From: Chiloscyllium plagiosum
Lineage: Eukaryota
DNA length: 64,000 nt
Reading direction: 5' to 3'
Assembly (NCBI RefSeq): GCF_004010195.1
Contig: NC_057728.1
Location: 48,777,152-48,841,151 of the forward strand
Below the pieces are notes generated by a model. That model was not told the DNA's origin. It saw only the letters and a list, made by a program, of their open reading frames with translations, and ran no database searches. The position numbers were made by a program, and so were the translations under genes. This document shows positions 12,840 through 26,804 of the stretch, piece after piece (within the stretch, counting starts at the first letter, position 1; each line of letters begins with the position of its first letter).

Positions 12840-13631
12840 TGCTATGAAGTTGAAGGTATGTATTGTACCTTTAAGACAGGAGAATGTTGTTTTGAACTGA
12901 GATACTTTAAGCACCTACTTGTATGACCAGATAACAGTCCCAGAGTGTACTGGCAAATTGAAAATATGTAAAATTTGGCTGCGAAGTGGATATCTGAGGT
13001 TTGGTTGCTGTTTTGACAACAATTCGAATTTAACCAGTGTAAATTATGCCCCAGGATACTAAAACCCAATCGAGTTTGATCTTATTGTTTTGCCAACATC
13101 GAACCAATGAGACAATCCAATGTTGGAGGGCATAAGAATGTGGAAATTTTGAAAATTGGTCAAAAAGCAATTGCCATAGAGAGCGCACACTAACTACCAA
13201 TATAACATCTTGCTCTCAAAGAAATTAGAACACACTCTTTAATCAAAGGTACCTTTTTATGTACTCACAGTAAAAAGAAAGATGACGACACAGGAAGATC
13301 AAAAGCCAGAGAATGAAGACACAGAAGACGACAGAGACTGTGTGGTTTTGAAATTAAGTTTATGTAATTTTAATAAGTATCTCATTGGAACAGCATATTG
13401 TTATAGAGTTGGAGGCAGATAGTAAGCAGTTACGACAAGGGGGGGGGCTTAGATTTGTGAATAGTTTTTTGTTTAATGTTCACTTTTATAGTTAGAAAAT
13501 AAATTGATGTTATTTTCTTGAAACAGAATTTGGGAGTTATTGGTCACTCGTTTTAATAGATTATGAGGAAAGGTGAGCTTTTCTGGGTGTTTGGTTGAAT
13601 TAACCGAGCAGTTCGCCTCAGTGTTGTAACA
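12840..13631 (+). mobile_element. Solo LTR
   Basis: TG...ACA ends; similar to the TSD-flanked LTR at 54163-54881 (tatgaag...tgtacctttaaga, tggttttgaaatt); internal CCAAT and AATAAA. TSD not preserved. Confidence 0.65.
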
Positions 13632-14909
13632 CGATCATTCAAGCACAATTAGGGAAAGGCCAGTGATGCCCACATTCAATTAAAGAAAAAGGTGCTATTC
13701 GAAAAGAAAGCATATTTATTATGTTCATAAAATCGTTATGAAACAGGTCAAGGGTCTGACTGAATCAAAACAATGAGTTCTGAGGGTCACCAGACCCGAA
13801 ACATCAACTATGATTCTCTTCATAAAGGCTGCCAGACCTGCTGGCTTTTTCCAGCAACTTCTGTTTTTGTTTCTTAATCAAAACTGTGTTTCTTAATCAA
13901 AACTGTGTTTCTGAATTTGCAAGTTAAGCATATCTGTGAATGCATCACCACCTAGTTTCGGAACGATTTCACTCCACTGCTTCTGAAGTTCAGCTACCTG
14001 CACATTCAGTTCAACCTTCTCCTAACAACTGTGAAATCTCAACTCCAAATGATAGAGGGAGCAATAGACCCCAACTTCAGGAAAGCTCCAAAAGTGGCAT
14101 GAAGGAAGGAATTATAAAATGTAACTTTATGGTCTTTTTGTCATCTTATAGGCTTGGCAAATATCTCACAGCAAGAACTGGTTCACATCTCAAAACAATT
14201 AAAAAGGGCATTGTTCTTTCACTGGAAAGAGATACCTCTATGCATGGTCATTCCAAATACAGCCGAGCATGCAATAATAAAAAAATTAAATATATCTCAG
14301 TAACAGCACCTTTAGCAAATTGTTGTAATTCAAGAAAACTAGTTTAAATTCCAGTTGTAGATATTTCACACCATTTCCGCCTCAGTATTTAACCACCAAG
14401 TGTGCGAAAGAGGTGCGTCGAGTTCCATTTTTCACTCAACTGGACCAACTGGAATAGCAACTAATTTAAAGTAATGTCAGCATCCATGATGAAGTTAAAT
14501 TTGCCATCAGATCCAAGACAAGAAAGCAGCAAGGTTGGTGGAAGGAAGCAAGCTAGATAGATAAAGAGTAGTAGTAGTTTCTCAAATGCATATTATTTGC
14601 AATAGTATAGTATACTGTGATTTTTGACAACCGCAGAAGTTGCATTCAGGTTTTTGTTTTTATAAATTAGATCAAACTTTAAATAATGCAGTTAGCTGTT
14701 GTCTTCAATGCAATCTTTTTGCATCTCATCAACATCTCGGTTCAGTGTGACTTTCAATTTTCCACATTTTCCTTTCAACTTCAAACTCTGGACTAAATTA
14801 CGTCTTGGTGTAATTGCCCCTAACTCCAACTAACACAGAGGGATGATTTTCTATAGAAAACTAGCATAATATATTCGTTGATATCCCATGGTTGGCTTGC
14901 TTGCTGTTC

Positions 14910-15490
14910 AGAGTTAGTCAGAGATGTACAGCACGGAAACAGAACCTGGGGTCCAACCCATCCATCCTAACCTAATCTAGTCCCATTTGCCAGCACTTGG
15001 CCCATATCCCTCTGAACCCTTCCTATTCATAATTGTACCAGCCTCCACCACTTTCTCTGGCAGCTCATTCCATAAACGCACCACCTTAGGCGTGAAAAGG
15101 TTGCCCCCAAGTCCCTTTTAAATTTTTCCCCTCTCACCCTAAGCCTATGACCTCTAATTCTGGACTCCCCCAATCCAGGGAAGAGACTTTGACTCTTTAC
15201 CTTATCCATGCCCCTAATGATTTTAATCAATCTCTACAAGGTCACCGCTCAGTCTCTGATGCTACAGGGTAAACAGCCCCAGCCTATTCAGCCTCTCCCT
15301 ATAGCTCAATTTCCACAATCCTGGCAACATCCTTGTACATCTTCTTTGAACCCTTTCAAGTTTCACAACATCCATCCAATAGGAGGGAGATCTGTATTCC
15401 ACACAATATTCTAAAAGTGGCCTAACCTATGTGCTGTACAGCCACAACATAACTTCCCAACTCTTACATTTAGTGCTCTGACCAGTAAAG
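14910..15490 (-). mobile_element. CR1 LINE 3' fragment
   Basis: IKIIRGMDKV..QSLFPGLGESRIRGHRL motif and CR1 tail. Confidence 0.85.
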
Positions 15491-16339
15491 GACATTTGAA
15501 ATAAAAAGTTACCAAGAATTATCTTTGCAATTCTTTGGACCAGTTATTTCATAAATGGATCTGTATCTGATTTGCAAGATGTGACAAATGGAATCCTGCA
15601 AGGCCTGTGCTGGGGCCTCAACATTTTACAATGACTTTTACATGAGAGTAAACTTGTAGATGATACCAAGGTAGGTTGGATTTGGGGGTTGTTAAAAACA
15701 GATATCTATGTTGAGCAAAGAAGCAAAAATATTGCAGATCGAGTCTAATGTGGGACACTAGGGATAACGCTCCAATCCCCTGCTCATCTCTGAACTGGTG
15801 GCTCACCTTTGGCAGGAAGAATATAGGAAGTACAGCATTACTTAAACACAAAATGACTGAAGTATTCCAAGGTAGAGAGATTCTGTTGCCTAAGTCACAA
15901 AGATAGCATGTCTACAGGACCTAATCAAGACCATTAATGGGACACGTAAAGGTAGCATCTGGTTATTGCTTTCTGTATTTTTAATTGCGAACTGAAATGG
16001 GAAAAAACATTTTAAAACCAAGCATTGCTGGAGGACTATTGCTCAGTTTGAAAGCAAGTAACCTGACATTTACTGTAAACACCATAGCTGCTTCTTGAAG
16101 CAGTAGTTGAGGTGCAACTTGCAGATGAATTAGAGCCGATGGGCTATTTTTGGAGCTTTGGTCAGTGACAAGTAGCTGATTGCTCTGTGGACTAGCAAAC
16201 AGTTATCAATGACAAAAGCCTTCTGCTGGCCAACAACTCTGTGATTGGTGATCAGACAGCTGAACAGCTGAAAGCTGTTAATAGGAAAGGGAGAAGCCAT
16301 CAGATCTTCACCAACTCAAGAACGCTCTCTGCAGCCATA

Positions 16340-16660
16340 GGGCGGTATGGTGACTCAGTGGTTAGCACTGCTGCCTCACAGCACCAGGGATCCAGGTTCA
16401 ATTCTAGCCTCTGTTTGCACACTCTCCCCATACCTGCGTGGGTTTCCTCCGAGGGCTCCAGTTTTCTCCCATAGTCCAAAGATGTGCAGATTAGGTGCAT
16501 TGGCCACGTTAAAGTTCCCATAGTATCCAGGGATGTGCAGGATAGGTGGATTAGCCATGGGAAATGAAAGGTTACAGAGATAGGGTGGGTCTGGGTGGAT
16601 GCTCTTCAGGTGGCAATGCAAACTCGATGGGTTAAATGGCTTGCTTCCATACTAAGGATT
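16340..16660 (+). mobile_element. HE1-type SINE
   Basis: A and B boxes (tgactcagtgg, ggttcaattc), central domain, CR1-like tail. Confidence 0.8.
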
Positions 16661-16743
16661 CCTTGAAGAACTACTTTAAGCCTGAAGAAAAGCAGTTTAA
16701 TTTTTCCATCAGCAGTTCTTGTAAACTGTGACTTTTAATTAAT

Positions 16744-17060
16744 AGATTAGATTAGATTCCCTACAGTGTGGAAACAGATCCTTCGGCCCAACAAGTCCAC
16801 ACTGACTCTCCGAAGAGCAACTCACCCATTCCCCTATATTTACCCCTGACTAATGCACCTAACACTATGGGCAATTTAGCATGGCCAATCCACCTGACCT
16901 GCACATCTTTGGACTGTGGGAGGAAACTGGAGCACTCGGAGGAAACCCACGCAGACATGGGGAGAATGTGCAAACTCCACACAAACAGTTGCCCGAGGCA
17001 GGAATTGAACCTGGGTCCCTGGCGCTGTGAAGTGCTAACCATTGAGCCACCATGCCACCC
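16744..17060 (-). mobile_element. HE1-type SINE
   Basis: Full tRNA head, central domain, tail and (aatct)n end. Confidence 0.85.
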
Positions 17061-17319
17061 CTAAAATTCATCACTGAGATGTCGCTGGCTAGTTCAGCAT
17101 TTACTACCCGTCCTTAATTGTCCATAGGGCTGTTTAGAGTCAATCACATTGCCAGGTATCAACCTGGATCCGAAATTCAAGTAAATTGAGGAATACTGTA
17201 CATTTTAAAAAATCTTTAATTTTTGTGACAACTTCAGGAATAGCAGAGTTTGATTTCAGTGTGCTACCACAATTATGTGCAACATTTTCACTACTTAAAG
17301 GAAATGAACATAAAAGAAA

Positions 17320-17780
17320 GGATGTTCTATTTTAGTCTCACAGGGCATTGATGAGACCACATCTCAAATATCACGTGCAGTTTTGATTTCTTTATTTAAG
17401 GAAGGATGACCAAGGAGGATAAGTTTGACAAGATGGGCTTGATTCCACTGGCATTTAAAACAGTGAAGAATGATTTGATTGAAATGTCTAAGATACTGAT
17501 TGGTGTAGACATGTGGATGTGGGAAGAATGTTTGTTCTTGTGGGTCAGTCCAAAACTAGTGAAAATGGCTTTAAAATTAGGGGTTACCCTTGCAGGACAT
17601 AGGTAAGGAAAATCTTAGTGTTATTTAGGCACTCAAAGCCTTTTAAGATAAATGAATGGATAGATTCTGGCTGGGCAGTAGATGGGAATGTGGAATTCAA
17701 AGCACAACCAGATCCGTCACAATCTTAACAAATGGCAGAACAGGGGCTGACTTGTCTATTTCTGCTCCTAGCTTGTATGT
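17320..17780 (+). mobile_element. Degenerate CR1 LINE 3' fragment
   Basis: Decayed LMRPHLKYxVQF and NDLIEMSKIL segments. Confidence 0.6.
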
Positions 17781-18354
17781 TAGCACTAGTTTTTACATGC
17801 CCTGTAGGTTTCTTCAGATTGTTAAGTACCATAGATTGTACCCACATTGCCTTGCATGTCCCCCATGACCATTCAAATATCTTAAGATTATAAATGAATT
17901 CCATTCACTTAGCAGCTTGTTAGTGACAGGTAGTGCACCATGCAAGCATGCGGCTAATATATGGTATGGGTAGTGCTGGATGCACTTCTGATAACAAGCT
18001 GCCAACAGCAATTTAATGTGCTGGCTGTTTGAATGAGTATTTGCAGATATCAACTGTCACTCAAGCTTCTGTGCTGTCTTTATTTATTTAAAAACACAAA
18101 GAATAGAAAATAAATTATTTACAGTTGAGTACAAAGCATCAGCATAATTCTCAATTACCAATTGCAAGTTTAGAATGTAAAAGAAACCATTTCAGTTACA
18201 AATGCATGTCGTCTTTTTAAGATGGAAAACATCGCAATATTACAATATATTCAGGAAGGAGTGTGTATTTTAAATGTAGTTTCTATTCATTCAGAAAATA
18301 AACTTCAAAATTGCAACAGGATAAAAGCTGCTTTAAGTAACTTTTGGGACCATA

Positions 18355-19005
18355 ATACTAGAATCAGAAGTAGGCCATCCAGTCTATATCGTCTGCAATG
18401 CCATTCAATAAGATAATGGTTGATCTGATAATCCACAAATTCATTTCCAGTCTTATGTTTCAATAAATTGCCTCCTCTCATCCTTCTAAACACCAATGAG
18501 TACAAGCCCAACCTACTCAGTCTCTAAGGAAATTAGACCAGGAATCAACCTAATAACTTTCCCTGAACTGCCTCCAATGACAGTTTGAGATCTTATGGTG
18601 CACTTACCACCTCTGAGCCAGGAGGCCAAGGCTCAGGTCCCATTTGCTTTAGAGGTGTATCATAATATCTGAACAGGTTGACTATAAAATATCTATATTC
18701 CTTAGGTAAGGGGACTAAATAATGTTGCAATATGGTATGGTGTGTCTAGTGCCTTGCATTGTTTAAGCAAATTCTCCAATGTTTATACTCCATTCCCTGT
18801 TACATAAAAAGTCAACAATCCATTCCATTTGCCTTTCCTCTTACCTGCTATACTTGAATGCTGTTTTTTGAGATTCATGCACAAGGTTTCCTAAATCCTT
18901 CTGTGCTTCAGCTTTCCTAAGTCTTACTCCATTTAAATAATACTCAGCTCTTCTATTCTTCCAGGCAAATTGCATAACCTCATTTTCCCAGATAGATTCC
19001 ATCTG
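18355..19005 (-). mobile_element. Degenerate CR1 3' fragment with a nested short SINE (about 18585-18695, +)
   Basis: GLYSLVFRRMRG motif; nested tRNA-like head ctctgagccaggaggcc...gaacaggttga. Confidence 0.6.
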
Positions 19006-19009
19006 TCAA

Positions 19010-20400
19010 GATTTGTGGTTCTTGGGCGTCACTGGTTGGCCAGCATTGATAGCCCATCCTTGTTTGCCTTTAAGATGGTGGTGAGCTGCCTTCTTGAATT
19101 GCTGCAGTCCATTTGCCGGTTGGGATGGAATTCCAGGATTTTGACCCAACAACTGGAAAGGAACGGCGGTATATTTCCAAGTCAGGGTGGTGAGTGGCTT
19201 GGAGGGGAACTTGCAGGTGGTGGTGTTCCCAAGTACCTGCTGCCCTTGTCCTTCTAGATTGAAGTGGTTATGGGTTTGGAAGATACTAAAGATCTTTGGT
19301 GAATTTCTGCAGTGCATGTTGTAGATTGTACACACTGCTGCTACTGCGTGCTGATGGAGAGATTGAATGTTTGTAGATGTGTTGCCAATCAAGCAGGTTG
19401 CTTTGTCCTGGATGGTGTCAAGCTTCGAGTGTTGTTGGAGCTGCACCCATCCAGGCAAGCTAGGAGTATTACATCACACCCCTGACTTATGTCTTGTAGA
19501 TCATGGAGAGACTTTGGGATGTCAGGAGGTGAGTGACTCACCACAGTATCCCTAGACTCTGACCTGCTCTTGTAGCCACTGTGTTTATGTGGTGAGTCCA
19601 GTTGAGTTTCTAGTCAATGGCAACCAAGGGATTCAGTGATGGTAATACCATTGAATGTTCAGGAACGATGGTTAAAGTATCTCTTATTGGCGATGGTCAT
19701 TGTTTGGCATTTGTGTGGCGTGAATGTTACTTGCCACTTGTTGGCCTAAGCCTAGATAATGTCCAGATCTTGTTGCATTTGAGCACGGACTGCTTCAGTA
19801 TCTGAAGAGTCGTGAATGATGCTGAACACTGTGCAATCATCAGCAAACATTCCTACTTCTGACCTTATTACAGAGGGAAGGTCGTTGATAAAGCAGCTGA
19901 AGATTGTTGGACCTAGGACACTAACCTGAGGGACTGTTGCAGAGATGTCCTGGAGCTGCGATAACTGATCTTCCACAACCATCTTCCTTTGTGTCAGGTA
20001 TGACTCGAACCAGTGTTTGCCCCCTAATACTCATTGATTCCAGTTTGCCAGGGCTCCTTGATGCCACACTCAGTCAAATGCAGCCTTGATGTCAAGGGCT
20101 ATCACGCTCACCTTACCTCTGGAATTCAGTTCTTATGTCCGTGTTTGAACTAAGGTTGTAATGAGATCAGGAGCTGAGTGATCCTCACGAAACCCAAACT
20201 GGGCATCACTGAGCAGGTTGTTGCTGAGCGGGTGCTGCTTGATAGCACGGTCGATGACCCCTTCCATCACTTTATTGATGATGGAGAGTAGACTGATTGA
20301 GCAATACTTGGCCAGTTGGATTTGTCCTGCCTTTTGTGTACAGGACATACCTGGGCAATTTTCCACATCGTCAGGTAGATACCACTGTTGTAACTGGACT
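19010..20400 (-). mobile_element. L2/CR1-group LINE, RT region and 3' end
   Basis: ISLLSIINKVME, QFGFREDHSAPDL, VPQVSVLGPTIFSCFINDL, GMFADDCT and LDTIQDKA motifs spread over frameshifted ORFs. Confidence 0.88.
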
Positions 20401-22216
20401 AGAAGAACTGTCTGTCTTCTTTTAGTAAGCCAATCTTCTATCCATGTTAAATATGTTAACTCCAACATCATGGGCTCTAAAGTAATCTTACGTACAGTAC
20501 TTTATCAAATACCTTTTGGAAATCCAAATATATTACATCTACACATCCCCCTTTTTCTATCTTGTGTGTTACCTTCTCAAAAGAACAAAGTACATACAAG
20601 TCAGTTCTTGTATAACGGGACAGCTCCGTTCTCACAGCATCCAAACTAATGGGCCAGAATCACATTATAGCCAACACAAGTCAAAATAGGTATGAATGGG
20701 ACTAACTAACTACTTATGTAAAATACATTTGGAAGTGGATTTTTCCATGTAAAAACAAAATAAATAAAAACTGCACAAGAGGTACCTTAAAGAATTTAGG
20801 GTCTCAATATATGTATTCAAAATCAGTCTCTCCATGGTGGTGAACTTACAGAGTCAAAGAGCAAGGAATCTATAGGTAAAACAACTAGAAATTGAGTGTT
20901 TTGGAGACCAGTCAATGCATTCCTATTCCTATTTCAAAATCTCTCTCTTTTCTGGTCATATGACTGGAATTCCATTATAATTTGTGTCTCCACACTTGAA
21001 TCCACAACTGCCAACAAATACTTTTTTTAGGCTAACAGTTACAAGCTAGTTGAGGTGAGACACTGTTGCATGACAAGCTTACAAAGAATTCCATTTTCAA
21101 TATGCAATTAAAAATAGAAAAAAAATAATAAAAATGGTTGCAAAAAGAACAGCAGGTCAAGTAACAATGACAAAGAGCAGGTAACCTTATGTATGTAGAT
21201 GCAAACTCTACAGAACTATACAGACAAAACTAACAGGGGTACTTTTGAAACAGTTACTAAGTGGGAAATCAATCCGACCACCTTCCAACCATCTCCAAGT
21301 CCAACGAGGTAAAAGATGCTCAAGACAATCACTAGCTGGTAAATATATTCAAAAGGCAAATGGCTAGGAATAGATAGCTGAAGCTAACCCAGTAAAACTT
21401 CTTCAAGTTAGGAGTGCTACAGTGCGAGCAATTTTTAGTTGTCAGCTGTTTATTAAACGGACAAGGTGAAGGGAATGACAATATCTGACAGCAATTTCAT
21501 TACCAGAAGCAAGACATAATTTACAATCTGTATCGTTCTAGTAAGAGTTTTATCAAAACAACTTACATTTAATTAGCATCTCTAATGATTAAACCTCAAC
21601 AGGCACAGCTGCAAACTAGCTTTATGGAGGCAATTTGACATTGAGTCACAAAGGAGCTATTAGAGGGCAAATGAAGAAACGTTTGGTCAAAGATGTCAGT
21701 TTTGAAAGGAATGTTTTAAAGAAGAGGAGGCAGAAATAAAAACTGAGCACTGAGGAACTAAATACCAGAAGCATAGGGCTAAAGTAGCCAATAGTGCAAC
21801 AATCAAGCATGTCAAGAGAACAAAACTAGGAGTAATTCAGAGACATTACAATAATAGAAAAGGGACAAGACGATGAAAAACTTGGAAAACTGATAAGACT
21901 GTTGAAACCGAAATACCAGGCTAGGTGTAAAGTTTTAGGTGAGCTTGGTGTTTTAGACAAAGTGAAAGATGGGAAGTTGGTCAGGGGAACACTGTAATAG
22001 TTAAATCTAAAGATAACAAAGACATGCTGATGACACAAATATTACACTCTGATACCAAGATTCTGATTCAACAAACAGTTGCCTGAGAGAGGGGTTAATT
22101 CAACGGCTAAGAAACAAAATTTGTAGCAGAGATCAAAACAAATAAAATAAAATGTTAATATACAATAAATTACATGCTATAGTAATCAACTTTTAAGCAT
22201 CCAGTTGGGTTGAGAT

Positions 22217-22660
22217 AAGATTAAAAAGGATGCTGCCAGGGTTGGAGGATTTGTGCTATAGGGGGAGGCTGAATAGGCTGGGGTGTTTTCCCTGCAGTGT
22301 CGGAAGCTGAGGAGTGACCTAATAGAGGTTTATAAAATCATGCGGGGCATGGATAGGGTAAATAAACAAAGTCTTTTCCCTGGGTTGGGGGAGTACAGAG
22401 CCAGAGGGTATAGTTTTAGGGTGAAAGGGACGAGATTTAAAATGGACTTAAGGGGCAAGTTTTTCACGCAAAGACTGATGAGTGCATGGAATGAGCTGCC
22501 AGAGGAAGTGGAGGAGGCTGGTACAATTACAACATTTAAAAGGCATCTGGATAGGTAGATTAGGAAGGGATTAGAGGGATATGGGCCAAGTGCTGGCAAA
22601 TGAGACTAGATTAATTTCTAACATCTAGTCAGCATGGACATGTTGGATCATGGAGTCTAA
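22217..22660 (+). mobile_element. CR1 LINE 3' fragment
   Basis: RKLRSDLIEVYKIMRGMDRV...FFTQRLMSAWNELP. Confidence 0.88.
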
Positions 22661-24419
22661 GTCTATAGATGTACAGCGTGGAAATAGACCCTAAGTTACT
22701 AACCAAAAAGTAACTAGTTGAATAAGAAAGACAACTGATTAAAATTGTATGAAAAGGGAGAAGTTTTATTTATACACAAGTTGCAGCTGGTCTTTTTCAG
22801 ACATTTGTTCGTCAAACAGTAACAGACCTGAAACTTTTAATTATGTCTCAGACCCATTGTTCCAAGATGGGATGAAGACAATTTGGAATAATTTGAGATT
22901 TTAAAAATATTTTTAAAGTATAATGAAGAACTAATATATTATTTACATTTCTAAGTCAATAACATATCTGACAACTGGAAAGATGGTAGCTTTGTACATT
23001 TCCCAGTGGAAAGGAAAATGGAATGCTCACTTTTATTGCTAATAATGGAAGCTGGAGTATAAAAGTCATGAAGTCTTACTACAACTGTACATTAGTGAAC
23101 CCTTAGAGTACTCTGTACAATTTTGAGCTCCTACTTAGTTTTGTACTTGCATTGGTATCAATTCAGAAAAGATTCACAGTGCTGTTTCATGGTATGAAGG
23201 ACTTATCAAAAGGATGCGTTTAGCAAGACATACTCCTTGGTATTCAAAAGAGTAAAAGGATATCCTACTAAAACATGATGTTTTGCTTTTTGGGGGCAGA
23301 TCCTAAGAGAAGGTTTTCTAGAACTAGGCAGCACAATTTTAATGCCATGCTTTGAACTGAATGAAACACAAGATCATAGCTGATCTGAACATGGCCTCAA
23401 CTCCAATTTTCTACCTGCCCCCAAAATTTTACACTCTTAACAGATCAAATTTTTGTCTAATTCAGCTTTGAAAGTATTCAACTACCCAAATTGTTTTTTT
23501 AACATCACCCCCTTCACAAAGACAGCAAATTGACCTTCAATAAATTTCACCTCTACTCAGTTTTAAATGTAGCACATTGAAATTGAAACACGACTCTGAA
23601 ATTGTGATAATCACATTACTATCGTCACCACAAAAACAAATCAAAATACCATTTTACAAACCTAATCTTCAATATAATTCCCATACTAATCTGAACCATA
23701 ATACATCTTTTTTCCAGAATTTCTCTCATGTATGGAGATACCTATTGCATATGGAAATGCAAAGGTTTCTCCCACTATTCAGAGTACATACATATTTCAT
23801 TGTTGTCAACAAATTAAAAAGTAAAAAAAAATAAGTTACAGGAGTATTGTGATAAAGGATGACGACGACAGCATACAATGCCGAGTAGATTCAGAAAGTC
23901 AGATGGCTTGTCACCAAACACTATTATAACGCTTACCACCAGGGATTCGTAGGGGCATTCAAGGACACGCAGCGAACTACAACTGCACCGTAAGGGAGCG
24001 AACTCAGTGCTGTACTGCAATTTTCGATCAGATCACCCGAATAATTCGGCAATATACAAGCTGTAGCTGATCCGGAAACTTAAAGTCAAGCGTGTTTTGT
24101 CAGCTCTACAAAGTAAGATAACTACATACTCTTCATACTATAGTACACTAATTTCTCGCCAAAAGAATGACGACTGCATACAAAATTACCGCAGCTGGCT
24201 TCTGTTTTTAAAGAAGCATATGGAATTCGCCTTAATTATAAAATATGCATACACAATAAAAGAATGCTTAAATTAAATTAACTCGATAAGATTTGCAAAA
24301 CCCCAGAACGCTGTCACGATTAAATGCAAATCTGTTGCAGAATTAACTGCATTCGCTGCTTTCATCAACGTATTTATATTCCAGCCCTATCGTTTAAATA
24401 GCGGGTGCAGAGAACAGCT

Positions 24420-25420
24420 TCAGATTAACTACAGTGTCGGGATTTCTGTGTTTTAAAAAAAACCAAAACGATCGCCCAACCTGATGCACGATTATAGGCG
24501 GAGACTCCATCCTCAGCAGAAACATGCAGCAGTGCGGGTTTCACAGCTGCAACAAGGCCGGGAGGGCTCGCAGGGAGAGCCCTCCTTCTCCTTAAAGGGC
24601 TGAATCAACAAGGCTCAGCTGTTGGCGGCCGGCAACTCAGTCCATTCATAATAAAACAAAAATCAGAACCTGCCACTTTCCCTTTAACGGACCCAAGTTG
24701 GAAATAATGGAACGTCGAGCCGTTAAAACCGTTGGTGATGCGGGACAGAGGGAGCTGCATTAACAGGGCCCCACAGATACTGCCCAGGACTCCTCAGGTA
24801 AAAACATCAGGTTTCATTTAACGTCACAGCCATTTCCTCACCTAACACCTGCCAAACAATAAGTCTTCACCTCAAACCGACATGTCGATAGGTATTTTTT
24901 CCCCACCTTCCCTCCTCCTTCGGCCACCTCAGTCACCGTACCTTTCTATCGACCCCCCCTCAACTTCCCTCCACCTGTTTTCACCATTTACCTCTCGGCT
25001 TGAACACCTTCACCAAACCACTGCGGCTGCGCAATAGCGGCTGTTTCTTGCTCATTTCACCGTCCCTGTGTCTGTCTACTACGGCTGCGCATTCGCAACA
25101 CTTGTTCATCCCATCTACGCCTGCGCTTTTGTGGTAGCGCGGTACTAGTTTTCTCTTCCCGCCCGAAATGCTCATTCCCTTTCGTCTACGGCTGCGCGGT
25201 ACCAGTTTTCTCATCCCGCCCGAAATGCTCATTCCCTTTCGTCTACGGCTGCGCAGTACCGGTTCACCTCTGGCCCACCCCGAGCCTGCATGCGGCTGCG
25301 CAATACCGGCGGTATCACCGCCCTCCCCCTTCCGCTGAGCTTGCATGCAGCTGCGCAGACACCGGTCTTCCCCTACTGTGTGCGGCTGCGCGGGCACGTA
25401 GAGCTGCTGCTGTCGCCTAA
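24420..25420 (-). promoter_or_regulatory. CpG-island-like promoter and probable non-coding first exon of rab3ip
   Basis: Only strongly CpG/GC-rich non-repeat segment in an AT-rich window, about 20 kb upstream of the first coding exon. Candidate minus-strand donors include GAG|gtaaat at 24992/24991. Contains repeated CGGCTGCGC motifs. TSS and exon boundary are inferred. Confidence 0.7.
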
Positions 25421-25744
25421 GCAGGGAAATAAGCAAAATGTTGTGAATACTGGTAGTTCGAGATAAAACCAAAAATACTAGGAACACTCTGTAGGTCAGA
25501 TAGGATCTGTGCGGAAATATCAGTAAAGGACCAAGGGGAGAACAGAGAGCAAGAATAGTGAAAGAAAGGGCATGGACAAAGCAGAAATGGGAGACTAGGA
25601 AATTGAAGAGAAAAAAGGAAGATAATATTTGGGTTAAAAAGGTTGGGATTGATAATTGAGTGATGGGTTTGGAGCACGGGTGCCCGAACTCTAATTGTTA
25701 TTGAACGTAGGGGGCAGAACGAAGGGACCTTCTTCGGAAGGTCG

Positions 25745-25902
25745 AAAGTGTGTTGCTGGGAAAGCATAGCAACTTTCCTGATGAAGGGCTTATGTCCGAA
25801 ACGTCGATTCTCCTGCTCCTCGGATGCTGCCTGACCTGCTGTGCTTTTCCAGCAACACACTCTCTACTCTGATCCCCAGTATTTGCAGTCCTCGCTTTCT
25901 CC
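25745..25902 (+). mobile_element. Penelope-like terminus with hammerhead core and short 5' inversion
   Basis: CTGATGA-a-gggc-ttat-gtcc-GAAAC-GTC; 14-bp TSD TCTTCGGAAGGTCG at 25731-25744 and 25903-25916. Confidence 0.8.
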
Positions 25903-26690
25903 TCTTCGGAAGGTCGGTGTAAACTGAGGGGCCGAATGGCCTGCTTCCACACTCTCGGGATTCTATCATTCTGTGAACATAATGCCTGATTAGTGCAATT
26001 AATACCAAAGCATCCAATCTTTAAAAATTTTCAAATCAACCTATTCAGAGGTGTTAGGCACACATAACACGGAGGGGCAGGAACACTGCCACTGCACTAC
26101 AAGAAATTCAACTTCTAATCTCTACAATGATCAGTAAGATGCTGTCGGCTGCACTGGCAAGACCAGCATTTATTGCCAATCTCTAATTGTTCTTCAGGTG
26201 GTGATTAGCTGCTGCTATTATTGTCAAGATTCTGAGATTTTGACCCAATGATATTGAAGGAATAGTTTTATAAATCCAAATTAGGATGATGTGGCTTGAG
26301 TAATTCCCAGGTGGTGCTGTTCTCTCACATCTGCTGCCCTTTTCATTCTAGGTGATAGAGCCACAGATTAGAAAGGTGTTGTCAAAGGAGTGTGAGTGAG
26401 TTGCTGCTGCATATCTTTGCTCTCATTATGCATCGGTATTGAAGGGTGATGACTGGGATGCTAAGCAAGTGGCCTGTTTTGTCCTGGTGGTGCTGAGCAT
26501 CTTGAGTGCTTTGGGGAGATGAGATCAGTTACTCACTATAGAATTCCTTGTTCCTAACCTACTCTTGAAGCCATAGTATTTATGTTTCTGATCAATGGTA
26601 ACACCCAGGATTTTGACAGTGGAGCATGTTTTGATGGTAATGTCATTGAATGCCAAGGTTTAATGGTTAGGTTGTCTTTTTAGAGATGGT

Positions 26691-26804
26691 AAAAACAATG
26701 ACTGCAGATGCTGGAAACCAGATTCTGGATTAGTGGTGCTGGAAGAGCACAGCAGTTCAGGCAGCATCCAAGGAGCTTCGAAATCGACATTTCGGGCAAA
26801 AGCC
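26691..26804 (-). mobile_element. Penelope-like terminus
   Basis: Same family as 6052-6250; 11-bp TSD TTAGAGATGGT at 26680-26690 and 26805-26815. Confidence 0.78.

Noticed and set aside
24981..25487. 168-aa minus-strand ORF as a coding first exon of rab3ip
   Set aside because: Low stop frequency is expected in GC-rich DNA, the peptide is repetitive with no recognisable homology, and the best donor (24992) is phase 1 whereas the next exon needs phase 2.
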